A stretch of DNA of 64,000 bases from Takakia lepidozioides (lineage: Eukaryota > Plantae > Bryophyta), in contig CM060732.1 of assembly GCA_030704615.1 (NCBI GenBank), positions 30,690,001-30,754,000 of the forward strand. The letters run 5' to 3'. A program made the translations under genes and the position numbers. Positions within the stretch are counted from its first letter, which is position 1. Every line of letters starts with the position of its first letter. The notes beneath the pieces were generated by a model, which saw nothing but the letters and a program-made list of their open reading frames with translations, was not told where the DNA came from and ran no database searches. Below, piece by piece: positions 50,100-62,361 of this stretch.

Positions 50100-50900
50100 T
50101 TTAGAATATTTGGAAGTCACATTGCACTTTTGTTTATGAGGGTGTTGGCCCCAGTATCAAACATGTCTTGCATAATATTGCAGACTTGATGACTGAGAGG
50201 AGGAAGGCTCGGGTTGTGCTGGGCAAAGCTGTACAGACGGATTTTTGCTTGGTTAGAAAATGAACTAACTTTTGCATCATGGATCTGATATTAGAGCCCG
50301 ACAGTGACATATATGCATAATGAACACTTGTCGGGGAGCACTTCCTTCTTTCGTGAACAAGATGTCTACAAGATAAAATTTCATTCTTTTTTGGCATGCT
50401 CAGTTGTCCAGCTTTTTGAAGCGCAATGGACTCTCCATTGCTTCCCTACTGCCACAAATTACGGAGGGGTGGGTATTGCGTCCATGCAAGTGCTTAGATA
50501 GGCGACGAGTCCAACTTTTCAAGTACTTTGATATCTCCTGGGCCAATGACAACATCCTCTACTTCAGGCTTTCTGAATGGAAAAAATACACATCTTCCAA
50601 GGTTGCTGCATTTCTTTGGAAGGTGGCTAACAACATCATTTCTGTTGGTGCCCTCTTCTCTGATTCTCCTTTAGCTTATACCTCTTACAACACGAATCTC
50701 TTGAAGATTTAGAGCATTGCCTGGTGTTGTATCCCTTTGCAGATGTTGTTTGGAGAAAAGCTTTCTTTCTCTATTCCCTATGGAACCAGAATTTGACCTA
50801 TTCTACTATCTCTCTGCTTGCTGTAGAACATTAGAGATGGTAGTATTTTTTGCTCTTGTCCAGTATGGGAATCTTTAAGAGGAATAGTTCTTTGGCATAT
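50100..50900 (+). mobile_element. Degenerate L1-type LINE 3' remnant
   Basis: WKKYTSSKVAAFLWKVANN resembles the zf-RVT region; followed by a degenerate EHCL..YPFA..VW. Confidence 0.45.
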
Positions 50901-51949
50901 TTGGAAAATGAGATGTGCAATAGTCTTTCAAAATGCTAGCCCCTATTTACAGAGGTCATGTATTCGACTCACTGAAGCTCGCAAATTTTGGCTAGTAACT
51001 GTGACAACTGTTCCCAAGTACATCAATTCAAGGAGATCCCAGCTGTCAGACTGGTTACAGTCTCCTTCATCAGTGCCGCACAAACCAGACATGATGTTTC
51101 TGTCATGCCATATCATGCGGCAACTCGCCCATCAAAGCATCTCCACCCACCCAACTTTTAATAAGAGTACATCCTTGACATATTGGAGCACAGACAAATT
51201 ACAAAATATGAATTTAACTTTACCAAATGTTACAAACAAAGTTTGGGCAAAGTAAATTATGTGGGGGATATTGGAAGATGGGACTAGGGCACATAGTTAT
51301 AAGTGTATGTCTTGTTCTTTGGCTTTACTCTTCAGTCAATTATTGTTTTCAGATTGTATCAATTACCTGTGGTATTGTTGTAGCCCAAAGCTGCCTAATT
51401 CAATAGTACTGGAAGCTTTGGCCAAATTTTATGGCATTATGCTTGCAACTTCCATTGGGTCCTAATATATAGAAAAAATCGACATTCAAATTAGGTACGA
51501 AGACAGTAAGCTTTCTGCTGGCCTCAAATTGTTGGTGTTATTTACACTATTGTGTCATGCCTGTATGACATTCTTGTACTTTTTGACACAGGGAGCAGAA
51601 GTTTGCTCACTACAACCTCATGTAGGTCAGCGCAGTAGGGAGTAGCATGACCGTCGATCTTAGCCCGGTAGACACGTAGGTGCATTGAGTTGGATCTGAC
51701 TAGGTATCCAGGTCTACTGTGTAGGCAACCTCATAACTCATTTGGTAGATGGCTTTGCTGTCATGGTAGTCTCAATTTGAGGATATTAGAAAGCGGAATA
51801 TTCTTCTCTTTGGACACTAGTATGGTGTGGCCATAGGTTTCTATCAAGGGGTAAGAGACAACACAAGTTTTCTTTATACAAACATCTTATAAAAATATCT
51901 TTGTCCAGACCAACAAATGCATGGCCCCGTATAATGTTTTACATCCATG

Positions 51950-53170
51950 CTAATAAGCCTACTCACAAATAGATAATACCTGCAAGAGATATGGCTTCTA
52001 CACTTGCCATGCATTATGTACATTCCTCCAAACTGCCTTTGGTACACACATACGTGTATACATTCCACTTTCAAGTGCTCAATTTCTCTAGCAAAAGTAT
52101 GGTGACCCACGGACATGGTGATGGTGCCTACGCTTCTCAACGAATTGTGGCCAAATGATCTTAAACTTTACGATCAGCTCATTGGCTCGCTGTCTTCGGC
52201 AACTTGAGAAGCCCACATGTCAAGAATCAAGAGAGATTTTCGATTCTCTCATGCAGAACTCATTCTTTGAAACTATAATGAGGGGAAAGTCTCTGTGTAA
52301 AAGAGCACTGAAGCCTTTGGATTATGACGGGCAACGTGGACCCAAGCCCTTATCTCGTCGACTATATTATCTGCAAATGGACAACTGCGTAAAAGACAAC
52401 AAAAAACGTTGGATGGTAGCTTTTTGGTCGCTTTTGACGACGAGAGGTCCAGCTTGGTGTTCTGATGGTTCGTCACACCCCCGAGGACATTAATGCATAC
52501 TTTAGTTATCTCTCCAAAAAATTGAATATATATTATTGCGGGTCTCATACACGTCTTTCAACAACTCTCGTTTATTCCTCAATTGATCAAGGTCCCAGAC
52601 TTCAAAAAAAATTTGTGGATGGATATATATTATTGATAGGAATTATAGGTTAATCAAGATGACTGAGATGCACATCTTCAGGTTATATGTTTATTGTGAG
52701 GGTTGGCATGTAATATAGTATAAGAAACCGACAACCAATGCTGACTAGCTTCCGAAGTAGGGTGTTGGGGAGACAGGAACAATCCGGATGTCAAGGAGGA
52801 AAAAGGTCCATATTGTGAATGGTATTTATAAGTACCGCGGATTCTGGAGACGGGGATGGTTCTAGATAAAAACTATGGAAACATCATGAAGAATTATGAT
52901 AAATATTAGAATGGCGTTTTACTGGACCTTGACAAACAATTGCTAGATCCAAACGACAAGCTTGAGGAAGGGTTTTGATCTTGGACTCGTTGGAAAGATA
53001 ATCATGATAGAGATGGGATTAGGGTTGAGTCAAAAAAATAAGGATCGCAACCAACTGGATCCATATTGTGGACCAAAGAGTCAGAAGCCTAAAAAGTCAA
53101 TGAACCCATTCAAGCATATTGAATTTGGAAATTTCGTACTTGTTCGACCATCATTTTTTATGTTCTAAGA
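51950..53170 (+). pseudogene. Sola-like DDD transposase pseudogene
   Basis: MVTHGHGDGAY, WPND, NFTISSLARCL, YLQMDNCVKDNKKRW, LMVRHTPEDINAYFSYLSKKL, matching the consensus LQLDNC..NKN..MVGHTHEDID..FS; frameshifted. Confidence 0.65.
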
Positions 53171-53876
53171 TAATAAGGAAAATTGTCGTGTCCAAAAATT
53201 ACAATATTTCAATGGCGAGATGTTATTTTCTCTACCGATTCGGCGATTTCAACGGTGGCTACTTGCGACTTTGTACGTTTTACTTTGTTTTCCCTTCGTT
53301 TCAAATGCAAGGGAGACCCGTCTTGCTATTGTCATTTAATTTACAAAGAACAATGCTAGTTTTAATTGCTTATTAATACTGCATATAATGTTATTTCTAA
53401 GATAATAATTATTTAATATTATTTATCAAATGTGCATATTTCATTTTTATCTCCTATTCACTTAAAACTCAGTTATAGAACTAAATAGATATACATACAT
53501 TTATTATTTATCGTAAAGTTCGTTGACGTATATTTACATTAACATATCTATTATAGTTTTAATAATAATAATAATATAGTAGTAAATCAAAATGTGCTCA
53601 TCACAAAACCAAAATAATATATATAAATGTTGTAACATTTACACTGAATATGTGAAGAAACCAAAGGAGGAAAGGGGTAGACATGAGAGCAGATTTGACA
53701 AAAATGAACAACCTTTCACCACCTTTACACTTCGTGTACAACTTCATGACCTTTCTTTGAACGACCTTTCGTACTTGGTAGTGCCAGCCAATTTTTGTAC
53801 TTGTATGCCTCTCTCCCAAGTATGCACGTTGAAAGTGTCACCAAAGAACGCCAAGCCCCTACTGCTTCAGAGGACA

Positions 53877-54467
53877 GGAATAAGGTAAGAACTTAAGTAA
53901 TGCACCTGTGCCATCCAACGATAGTTTCGGCGGCAGCCTGGGCTCATCCGGCGGGGCCCCTGTCAAATCCTCCTCCCCCCCTCTTACCTCGGTTTCATTA
54001 TTAAATACTTAAAAATCCAGCAGGTGTAATCCAGGTGTAATGTTGTGGTGGGTAACGTGTTGGTATGATTATTGTGGTGCAGGCAGCGAGATTTTGGGTT
54101 TGATTCTTGATAGAAGGCTATTGTAGTGTAACCTTCATACCAATACCCCAACCAATGTAACCCCCTGTAACCCCAGTGTCTCGTGTGTGTAACTCTTCTT
54201 GGTCCGTTTTATATAGTGAAGTTTGGACTCAGTCAAATTTCGAGACAAAGTGTGAGTTACATCGCGTGCAGTTTTACACTCCATTCTGTGTAACCCCAAG
54301 GGGAGTTACATTCCCCACCGTGTAACCGAGCGTAACCCCGACTCAAGTTTACACTCCTTCAGTTCCATGTCACTCTCAAGAGAGGGTGGGGAAGATTTGA
54401 CATGCCGGAAACCCGTGGACTGTCCTATCAGAGGTTGCACATGTGCATTAAGTTCTTACCTCATTTC
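53877..54467. mobile_element. MITE-like element with long imperfect TIRs and internal GTGTAAC/GTTACA repeats
   Basis: AGGTAAGAACTTAA..TGCAC.TGTGC and TGTCAAATC.TCC.C motifs are inverted at both ends. A related end GTAAGAACTTAATGCA occurs at 49112. Confidence 0.65.
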
Positions 54468-56241
54468 TAGTATTCTCCTACCGCTTCCGCATACCTACGT
54501 ATTCTATAAACTTCCAAAGTATACAATGGCCAATTGGCCCTAACATGAACTAGATAGGGGTGTAGCCTTGTCGATGTGGAAGATCACTACGGTTCCTCCA
54601 ATTTATATAGCAGCGCACGACTGGATAGATATGCTCCCGCAGATCCGTAGTGTTGACTGTCCAACCCGATGAAGACAGTTGTTGATCACTAGGATAGGAA
54701 ACGCAGACAAATCACCACAATAACATATAGGATAATGCCCTAAGTGGAGGGCATTCATGGATTTAAGGGCCTAGCGGTAGCCCGAGGCGAAGGGCCCCAA
54801 AATCCGGGAATGCAGACACAAGGGACATTACCCGTGTAAGTAAATGCCAAGAAATTTAAAAGTAATCTAATGGCCGGTGGATTCTGCATTTCGGAATGCA
54901 CTCGAGGGAGCTGATGGGGTGCATTCCACCTTCCGCCAGCGATGAATTCTGCTTTTTAACAGCACAATAAATACAAACAAATTTTTTTGGAGTGCTTTAC
55001 GCCAGTGAGTAGACTTTGTAGCCCATGACTTTTAAAACCAGATGTACATCAAGGGGGAATGTTGGATGAAGGGCATCCCAGAGTTTCATCTGGACCCGGC
55101 CAGGCCCTGTATACACACTGGAGGAAACCTGTAACAAGTGCATGGCCATCCTGTCATGGGACCTCCCACAATGTTTTTTTCTCCTCTCTGCCATGTTTGT
55201 GTATACATTGGATAAGCCCGGGGACAACATATCGCTGTAAAATTAGAGGTCTTATTATAAGGGAAACCCCATATGTGAGGGGATTTTATTTGCTCTAACC
55301 CTTTAAGGGCAGAGACTTTGCATCATGTTGAGAAAATCTGGTCAGCTCATGTCCTTACATCATGTTCAAGACCCTTATTCGCCCACAACATTAATTGTGT
55401 GTGCTATAATTTTTGTTTTCCTTAATTTTTTTTAGTACTGTACTTAGTCATGCCTATCAGGAAATCAGGAAGTATTGACATGCTAAATATGTACCCCAAT
55501 CCTTTAAAAATTAAAATCAGACAATTGGACGGAACAAATAGAGTATATGTCCTAATCTAAGTGGCTCTTGCATGCGGCCCCACACAGCTGATTGCATACC
55601 GTACAACAATGGCGACCGCAAACAAATCTATGAGCGTGCTTCTATCTAGAAGGCCTCCTCCAACCGACGTGCAAGTGCAGTGATCAACATGGGTGATCTG
55701 CCAACGGCCTTGTGCTAGTCTTATTACAGTTGAAATTGAAACCATGATTGTTAGTAGAAGATTCATCAACCTGCAAACATGTACAGAAACGTCAAGGATT
55801 CAAGCTTAGTTTGTTGTTGTTGAGCTCAATGTGACGTCTTGATCTGTGCAGGATGATCGAGTTATCTGAAACGCGATAGCTTATATCGAAATTTAGTCAA
55901 CTGGCCGTTGAATGTAGCCTTAGGACCCTTCAATCTACACTACTACCAAGTTTTTACTTGCAATTGAAAAGTGTTACAACACTGATAGGTCTTGAAAGAC
56001 CTGTAATGCCAACGCGAAACTTGCATGACGATTATGAGATTCTCTTTGATAGTGTATACTAATTTACTCAACTGCTCAATGTGGCCAACTCAATCTCTTC
56101 TTTGTCTCTATCTTCGTTTTTGACATGTACAGTATCCTTGACACAAAATCAAATGCGTTGTGCAGCAGTTTTTCGACCCAGTTCTTGCCATACCACAGCA
56201 ACTCCAGCAGCTGCATCCAACGTCCTCCTTCAGCATGTAGC

Positions 56242-56628
56242 ATGTTCTCTGGGGCGCTGCAACCGCTCTTTCCATTCCTCACAATCCTCTTACTTGCAAG
56301 CGTAGGAGTAAGCGCGGACGCAGTGTGCCTGGTTAGCGGAGACAGTCCTAGTGTCGCCGATGCGAAGCTCTGCGCGGACTTTATGATTGCTAAAGGTAAC
56401 GCTGCCTGCTGTCAAAATAAGTGCGGTGGTAATATGTGCATCAATATGTGCTATGCTGCAACGGTGGCCACTGACATATGTGGTGTCTGCTGGCAATGTG
56501 TCACATGCCAAGAAGCTGGGAACTATTTAGCTGCCATCATCGAACAGTGTCAACAGAATGGCCTTGTGGAAGGCTACATTTATGGCCTCAGTAGTCCTTT
56601 CGTGAACGTTAACATTTATCACACCTGA
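56242..56628 (+). CDS. Small secreted cysteine-rich protein (128 aa, 12 Cys in mature part), fungal effector/killer-toxin-like
   Basis: Signal peptide MFSGALQPLFPFLTILLLASVGVSA, intronless, pattern C..S.DSP..AD...C..CCQ..CGG.MC..ICG..C..A..I...C..G.V.G. Confidence 0.75.
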   Translation: MFSGALQPLFPFLTILLLASVGVSADAVCLVSGDSPSVADAKLCADFMIAKGNAACCQNKCGGNMCINMCYAATVATDICGVCWQCVTCQEAGNYLAAIIEQCQQNGLVEGYIYGLSSPFVNVNIYHT

Positions 56629-57629
56629 GGAATGGTTTTACGCCAGACTATCTAGACCTAAGCCGCCTGCATGTAGGGCTGTAAGGTACATATGTTTATC
56701 GTTAGAATAGGAGGCATGAGCTGCAGTTGTAATAAGAAGATGACGGATGATATTTGCTTACAAAGGGGTGTCGGAAAATTGTATGACGTTGGGGGGTAAT
56801 GTGTGAGCAAGGGAGGGAGACGGATGTAGGGAATAATAAAATTGCATGAATCCGTTTGTATGGATCATGAGGGATGAAAACCACCACATTACGTAGGATG
56901 AAGTAATGGTTGGACGAAAGTAGTGACAGTGCAAGCAGTTCATCTAGAGTAGATGGATTCAACCATTTGCAGAAATACTTAAATGGTCTGAATTCTTATT
57001 CGGTGGACAACATGGATATTGATTAGCTGAGCATTGAAATGTGCAAACAAAGGAGAGGGGATAACACCCGCTGTCTTTTGTTTCAACTATTTTTTATAGG
57101 ATAAGTCTGAAATTTATGATGAAGCTTGGTGGCAACCTGGTACATTGTGCGCCAAAGCCATAGGGAGCCATAGGGTTAGCGGCTGGAAGTGCGTATATTT
57201 TTCAAAGATAACAAGGAGAAGGTGCCCTGTGGTAGAAAAGTTATGGTCTTGTTCTAAAGGTGAAGGGAAGAATGTAACTTGTTTGAGTGAGACTGATCTT
57301 GCAGAAATAGTTATGTTTCTATTGAGAGGAAGTATGTGGAGATGATGGAGTAGTTTCATTTCTAGCAGGTCCATGTCATGAAATCATCTACGATTGACAA
57401 GCACTAGAAAGATGGCATCAAACATTGCATGGTCTCATTTGCATGCCTTACATCTTAAGCATGAAATGCAAGTCATCAATATATGAAGCAAAGTAGTTTG
57501 ATTGTTGCAAGTTTGTTTTGTTTTGTTTTGTTTTGTTTTGTACCATTGAGATCTGCTAAACCATGAGGCCTCAGCCCTGGTGCTTGGTACTGTTGGAAAG
57601 CCCTCAGCACTTGGGGTCTCGACAAATTA

Positions 57630-57830
57630 AAAGCCTCAATTGTGCTGATTAGTCATAGCTTTGGGGGACTTGTAATCAAGAGCTTGGTGGTTGAGGTTGC
57701 AAAAGTTGTCACCTTCGCAAAGACACAAAATGCTTTGGACGAGAAAAGGTTACGAAACTGTAAGGCGTTTCTCGACAATCTGAAAGGTGTGGTGTTTTAT
57801 AGTATACCACATATTGGGTCAGACCTTGGG
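57630..57830 (+). pseudogene. SERAC1-like alpha/beta-hydrolase exon fragment (type found N-terminal to bryophyte hydrolase-NLRs)
   Basis: IVLISHSFGGLVIKSLVVE (nucleophile elbow) and FLDNLKGVVFYSIPHIGS. No flanking exons recognised. Confidence 0.6.
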
Positions 57831-59277
57831 GCTCCTTTGCCATTGCAAGGGCATTTAGGGACCCCCGGTGGAGATGCTCTAAGGGCCAGAGTCTACACTC
57901 TGTGTATGCATTAATTTTATATCTTATGATGCTTTCTGAAGGTGTGTCATGCAGCTAAAAGCACTAGGCTTCTCATATGATTGGCAAAGGGAAATCTCCC
58001 ACAACAGAGCCTAACTACTACAAGTGGACACAATGGATTTTTCTGCACCTCTTTAAGAGAGGCTTGGCCGACCAGGTAACACGTAGTCAAGTTTCTGTGT
58101 TTGTTCCACTGTTGTCTTCTTGCGTAGCTGGTGACTAGTGTTGCTGGTCATCATCAATTGATATTTGTTTTTTGTACATGATAGAACCTAAACCCTGAAC
58201 TGAGGTTTGTTTATAACAAGGCTAATAGTGCATTCACTGGCATTGACTCTACATTTATTGACGATTTTCGCAACGAAATAATGAAATGGTCTTGGAAATG
58301 AGGGCTGGAGCAGGCAGAGGTTGCAGTAAACTGCCGTCCGGCTCTCGGAACTGTTCTAGCAAATGAGGAAGTTGACATAGACGGCCTCAGTGAGAATGGC
58401 AGCCACCCTGTCATCCGGATGGTGAGGGTGACTCTTCACCATAAAAAACTTACATAAAAATATAAGATATAAAGATTTATCTTTGCTCTGCACCCCTGCC
58501 CTCAACTTTTTGATCGTGTCTGAACCTGGTAAGGGTCTATATGCTATACAGCAAGTCAGAGGTCAATGAGTACATTTCTCTGTCTCTCTGTTCATTTCTT
58601 TAAAGGCTGGCAAGGTCATGTTTTCCTTTTTGAAATTTGTCTAAACTAGAAATACCTAAATGTGTGCGTGACCTTGAATGGACCCCTATATTTGTGACAA
58701 AATGTGGTTGATGAAGTCCTTAAATGGATGCGTTAATGTCATTGGTTGGTTCTAGGTTCACCAATGGAGATAATTGCCTACATATAGGATATGTTGGTGA
58801 CTGGCATTGTACAGTATTTTTGTACTTAGGTATGCTCCATATGATGGTTAATAACCAAGTTGGAGGTTAACTGTAAGCACGATTTGCATGCTTTAATCAC
58901 TTATTTAAACAAGTTTAGCTTGGATTTGGGGAGGATTGTGCTTCCTAATGACCATGACGGCTCCTCCAATTAAACACAATGGGTGCTCAATTTAAAATGG
59001 ACCCGCTGACTGTTCAACGTTTCTAAACTATAAACACTGGGCCACATGTGCAAGAGTCCCAGCGTGTAATCCATAGGCGTTCTAGGACAGAAGCAATTAG
59101 GATATTTTCAGATATGGCAGGGGATATTAAGACTTGTTTTGGGTGCAGGCATGGATAAGCACTTGACTTAGGGCAGTTAGTTTTCATTTACTCGGGTGGG
59201 TTTAGGTCAGCATAGGCCACTTGGTGCTCCCTTTTAGGTGCATTAATGTTTTGACTTTGGATACTTAGAGTATGTAC

Positions 59278-59504
59278 CAGTGTTGGGCGGTTACCCGCCT
59301 GGGCCCGGGTAACCGTCGGTTCCGGTTTCGGTTATGTGGAACCGGACCGGAACCGGACCCGCCTGTGCAGAACCGGAACCGGAAATTGGGGATTGTGTGG
59401 GAACCGGAACCGGCAGTTCCAGCTACGACCACATGTGTGGGAACCGGGTTTGGGGTTTAGGGTTCCGGTTCCGGTTCCGGTTCCACCCGTGGGCTGTAGC
59501 CCTA
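59278..59504. mobile_element. hAT-like fragment with GGAACC subterminal repeats, truncating the TauD 3' end
   Basis: CAGTGTTGGGCGG at the left, TAGGGCT on the minus strand at the right, many AACCGG/CCGGTT repeats. Confidence 0.6.
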
Positions 59505-61481
59505 AGTGTCTCTACGTGCGCGGTTCATGATGCGGTGATGCGGAAGGTAATCGGCCACGCCGTAGTGCTGCAATATGCGGTTGTCCCAGAAGGCCACATC
59601 ATTGGCTCGCCATCTCCATCTCACTGTGAATTCGGGCTTCGTAGCATGCGCAAACAGAAATCCCAGCAATGCATCGCTCTCGTCCTTTTGCAGATCCACA
59701 ATGCGGGTCAGGAATCCTTGGCTCAGGAAGAGAGCCTTGCGCCCACTGTCAGGATGAGTGCGGATGAGAGGGTGCACCACTGGCGGGTGCTCTTTCACAG
59801 CTTCCTCCCACAGCGCCTTGGGGTCCCCTCGACCTTCGTAGTGGTACCGGGGCTGCGAGAATGACTTGACAAAGCTATGCTCTGCTTTTAGCCCAAGAAG
59901 AAATTGTTGCAATGGCTTTGAGAGCGCCTCGAAGGCTGCAATGCCGATTGCATCGCAGGCAGGTGATCTCTTGTTCGCTTCGTAGTGCTGCAACACTCTG
60001 TCAAGCACAGTTTTGTGGAAGTCCGTTGTCTTCTAATCTGTCTGCTTCTTTATGCCGTCTTCATGGGCTCCCTTTGTGCCCTCTCCTTTACTGGTCTGCC
60101 TCTCGTTCTCTCTTCTGTTTGTCTTCTTCTCTTTTACCTTTGCGCGGATCCGCTGGGGAACGAGCTAGGAACAACTCGATGTATAACTCATTCCTTGTTC
60201 CGAGCTCTGGATTTTCCTGTGCCCTCTCCTTTCTAGATATATGTTTTCTTCTCTTTCTCTTCTGTGATCTATTGTGTATTCCAAGATAGCCAATATTTCA
60301 TAGAGGTCTTCCATTACGAGGATCAGAAATGCTTGGCAGCATATCTACAAAAGTCCTTGACTCTTAGACAATCCCTTGATTATCAGTTGTTTTTCAGCTG
60401 CTTGTTGAGGGCCCCACTCCCTTTCTTGTTTCATTCTTTCTCTAGTCCCTTCAGTTCTTTGGGATTTCAATAGAAAGTATCATTTCATTTCTCTTTCTTT
60501 CAAATATATCTCGCCTCAGGAAGCTTTTACATCTCTATCAATCAGTCTTTATTTGGGGGGTTCTACAAAGAAGCAGCTGGCATCTGTAAATCTTAAGTTG
60601 GCCTTCTTTGTCTATTGTATGAGCTCTTTACCTGCACATGATTGTGTATACGTGAGAGCTAGAAAGAAAATGAGCAGGTGAAAGGGATGATGCATGCTCG
60701 TCCCCATCCTTATAACTGGTAGCGTTTAAGCTTGTAGTGATGTGTGGCAAGCATGTGTTGTTTCTTGCACAGAGAACCTGTCTTTCTCACCTCCTATGTA
60801 GTTTCCTGGATGGCCTAGACCACAATGTCAACCTCTTAATTAGTGGAATTCTGGTGCTTATCAGGGCAAGAAATTCTCACATCAGTATGCTCAGATCTGA
60901 AACAGTTGCAAAGATGGTATGGCTGAAGAGATCGGGATAGGGTCGACAACAGCACCTAAGAGGAGGCTCTGTCTGCAAGTTTGAACAGAACCCAGGACTG
61001 GAGTTGAATGTGCAAAGTGTCACAGGTGAAATGGGAATTGCCGGGGATCACTGAAATTGCTCTTTAAGTTCATCCATCTGCACTTCAAGAACGAGGGAAA
61101 CAGGGTATCACCACCCACGGGAGGTATGAGCTTGCCGCTCAGGATTGTGCCCAAGGGCGGTGTCTCAATGAAAGTGACGTTGGTGTGCCACTTATCATTG
61201 TCTGGGGGGTGATCACCTTCAGAATCCAGTACCATGATTTCCTCTAACTCGGGGCCTAAGTTTGGGTAGATTGGATGTATGTGCAAATCACCGAAACGCT
61301 TGGCGAAGGCGTGCTGTTGGTGTGGAGTGATCGGCTGGTTGTGGAAGAAGAGCACCTGATACTGAAGTAAGGCGTCGTTGATGGCTGCCTGCTCTGCATC
61401 CTGCAACGGTTCCGCCAGAGAAATGCCTTCGACCACGGCGCCGATGGCCCTCGTGAGTGGAGTGATTTGCAGAGTACTCAT
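59502..61481 (-). pseudogene. tauD: Bacterial-type TauD (alpha-KG-dependent taurine dioxygenase) pseudogene, split by a 1146-bp insertion (59952-61097)
   Basis: The halves rejoin exactly as GGDTLF|AIGIAAF. Motifs FGDLHIHPIYP, PPDNDKWHTNVTFIETPP, HPLIRTHPDSGRKALF, FLFAHATKPEFTVRWRW, WDNRILQHY, DYLPHHRIMNRA. HxD is changed to HxN and the C-terminus is lost. Confidence 0.88.
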
Positions 61482-62361
61482 GGATCCAGTAAACTTGTTG
61501 TTACTGAAGCTCTGACAGTAAGGTGTAAGCCTTCAAGGCTGTAGTGTCCAATTGCTCTTGGGCACCTGCATCATAACACGAAAGATCAATGCGCTTACCC
61601 ATGTGCTGTTCAGAACGAGGGCCCTAGGAGTAATTTGCTTATCTAGAGCGAGCAGCAAGACAAGTGTATTGACTCAGACAGCGCAAGTGCTGAATGGCCC
61701 ACATCGAGTCACCTGGACAATATATTGGAGCAGCGAAGAAATAGACCAACAACTGCTGCTGCTCCCCGAAGATCAAATCGGTTGTACAGTGAGATAGATT
61801 CTGCAGGTTTGCACCTCGCGCTGTAGTTGGTCAACAAATTTGCCACTTTGAAAATTGTGGGGCTAAAATCTCTCCAAGGGAAGGTCAACGCGTACACCAT
61901 ACTTCTACCTCAATTGCAGCGCCATCATCAGCACTTTCCATAGCGGAAATCAAAACTTGCTCTCTTGGTACCACTCGAACATCATTCTCGTATAGCTGAA
62001 TATCAAACATGCAATTAGACCCTGGCAGTCCCACGACCATCGACTGAGACTATTTGCTTTTGTGCTAGCTACATAATCTAGATGAATTCAGACCAACCGA
62101 GAAGAATTAACCCAGAAAGAGGTCAGCTCTCTGCCCCTCTCTTGTACGGTGCTTAGTTGTACAATCTGGATCACAGTCAGGCTAGATTTGGATGACCAAT
62201 TTGTACTTTTGCAGCACATAATGGATAGCAAGTTGGTTGGGGCGTAATGACAGTAGGTTGCTTCCTTGCCTCAGTGTCTATTGCCATGATCAATGTTGTT
62301 CATCGTGCAACAGAGATTTATACAGAACCTCGGCGCCTGACTGTTTCTGTATATGTGGCAG

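Noticed and set aside
59952-61097. TauD interruption as a spliceosomal intron or Helitron
   Set aside because: There is no AG acceptor at the junction restoring the frame, and no CTRR 3' end or TSD. Treated as an unclassified insertion.
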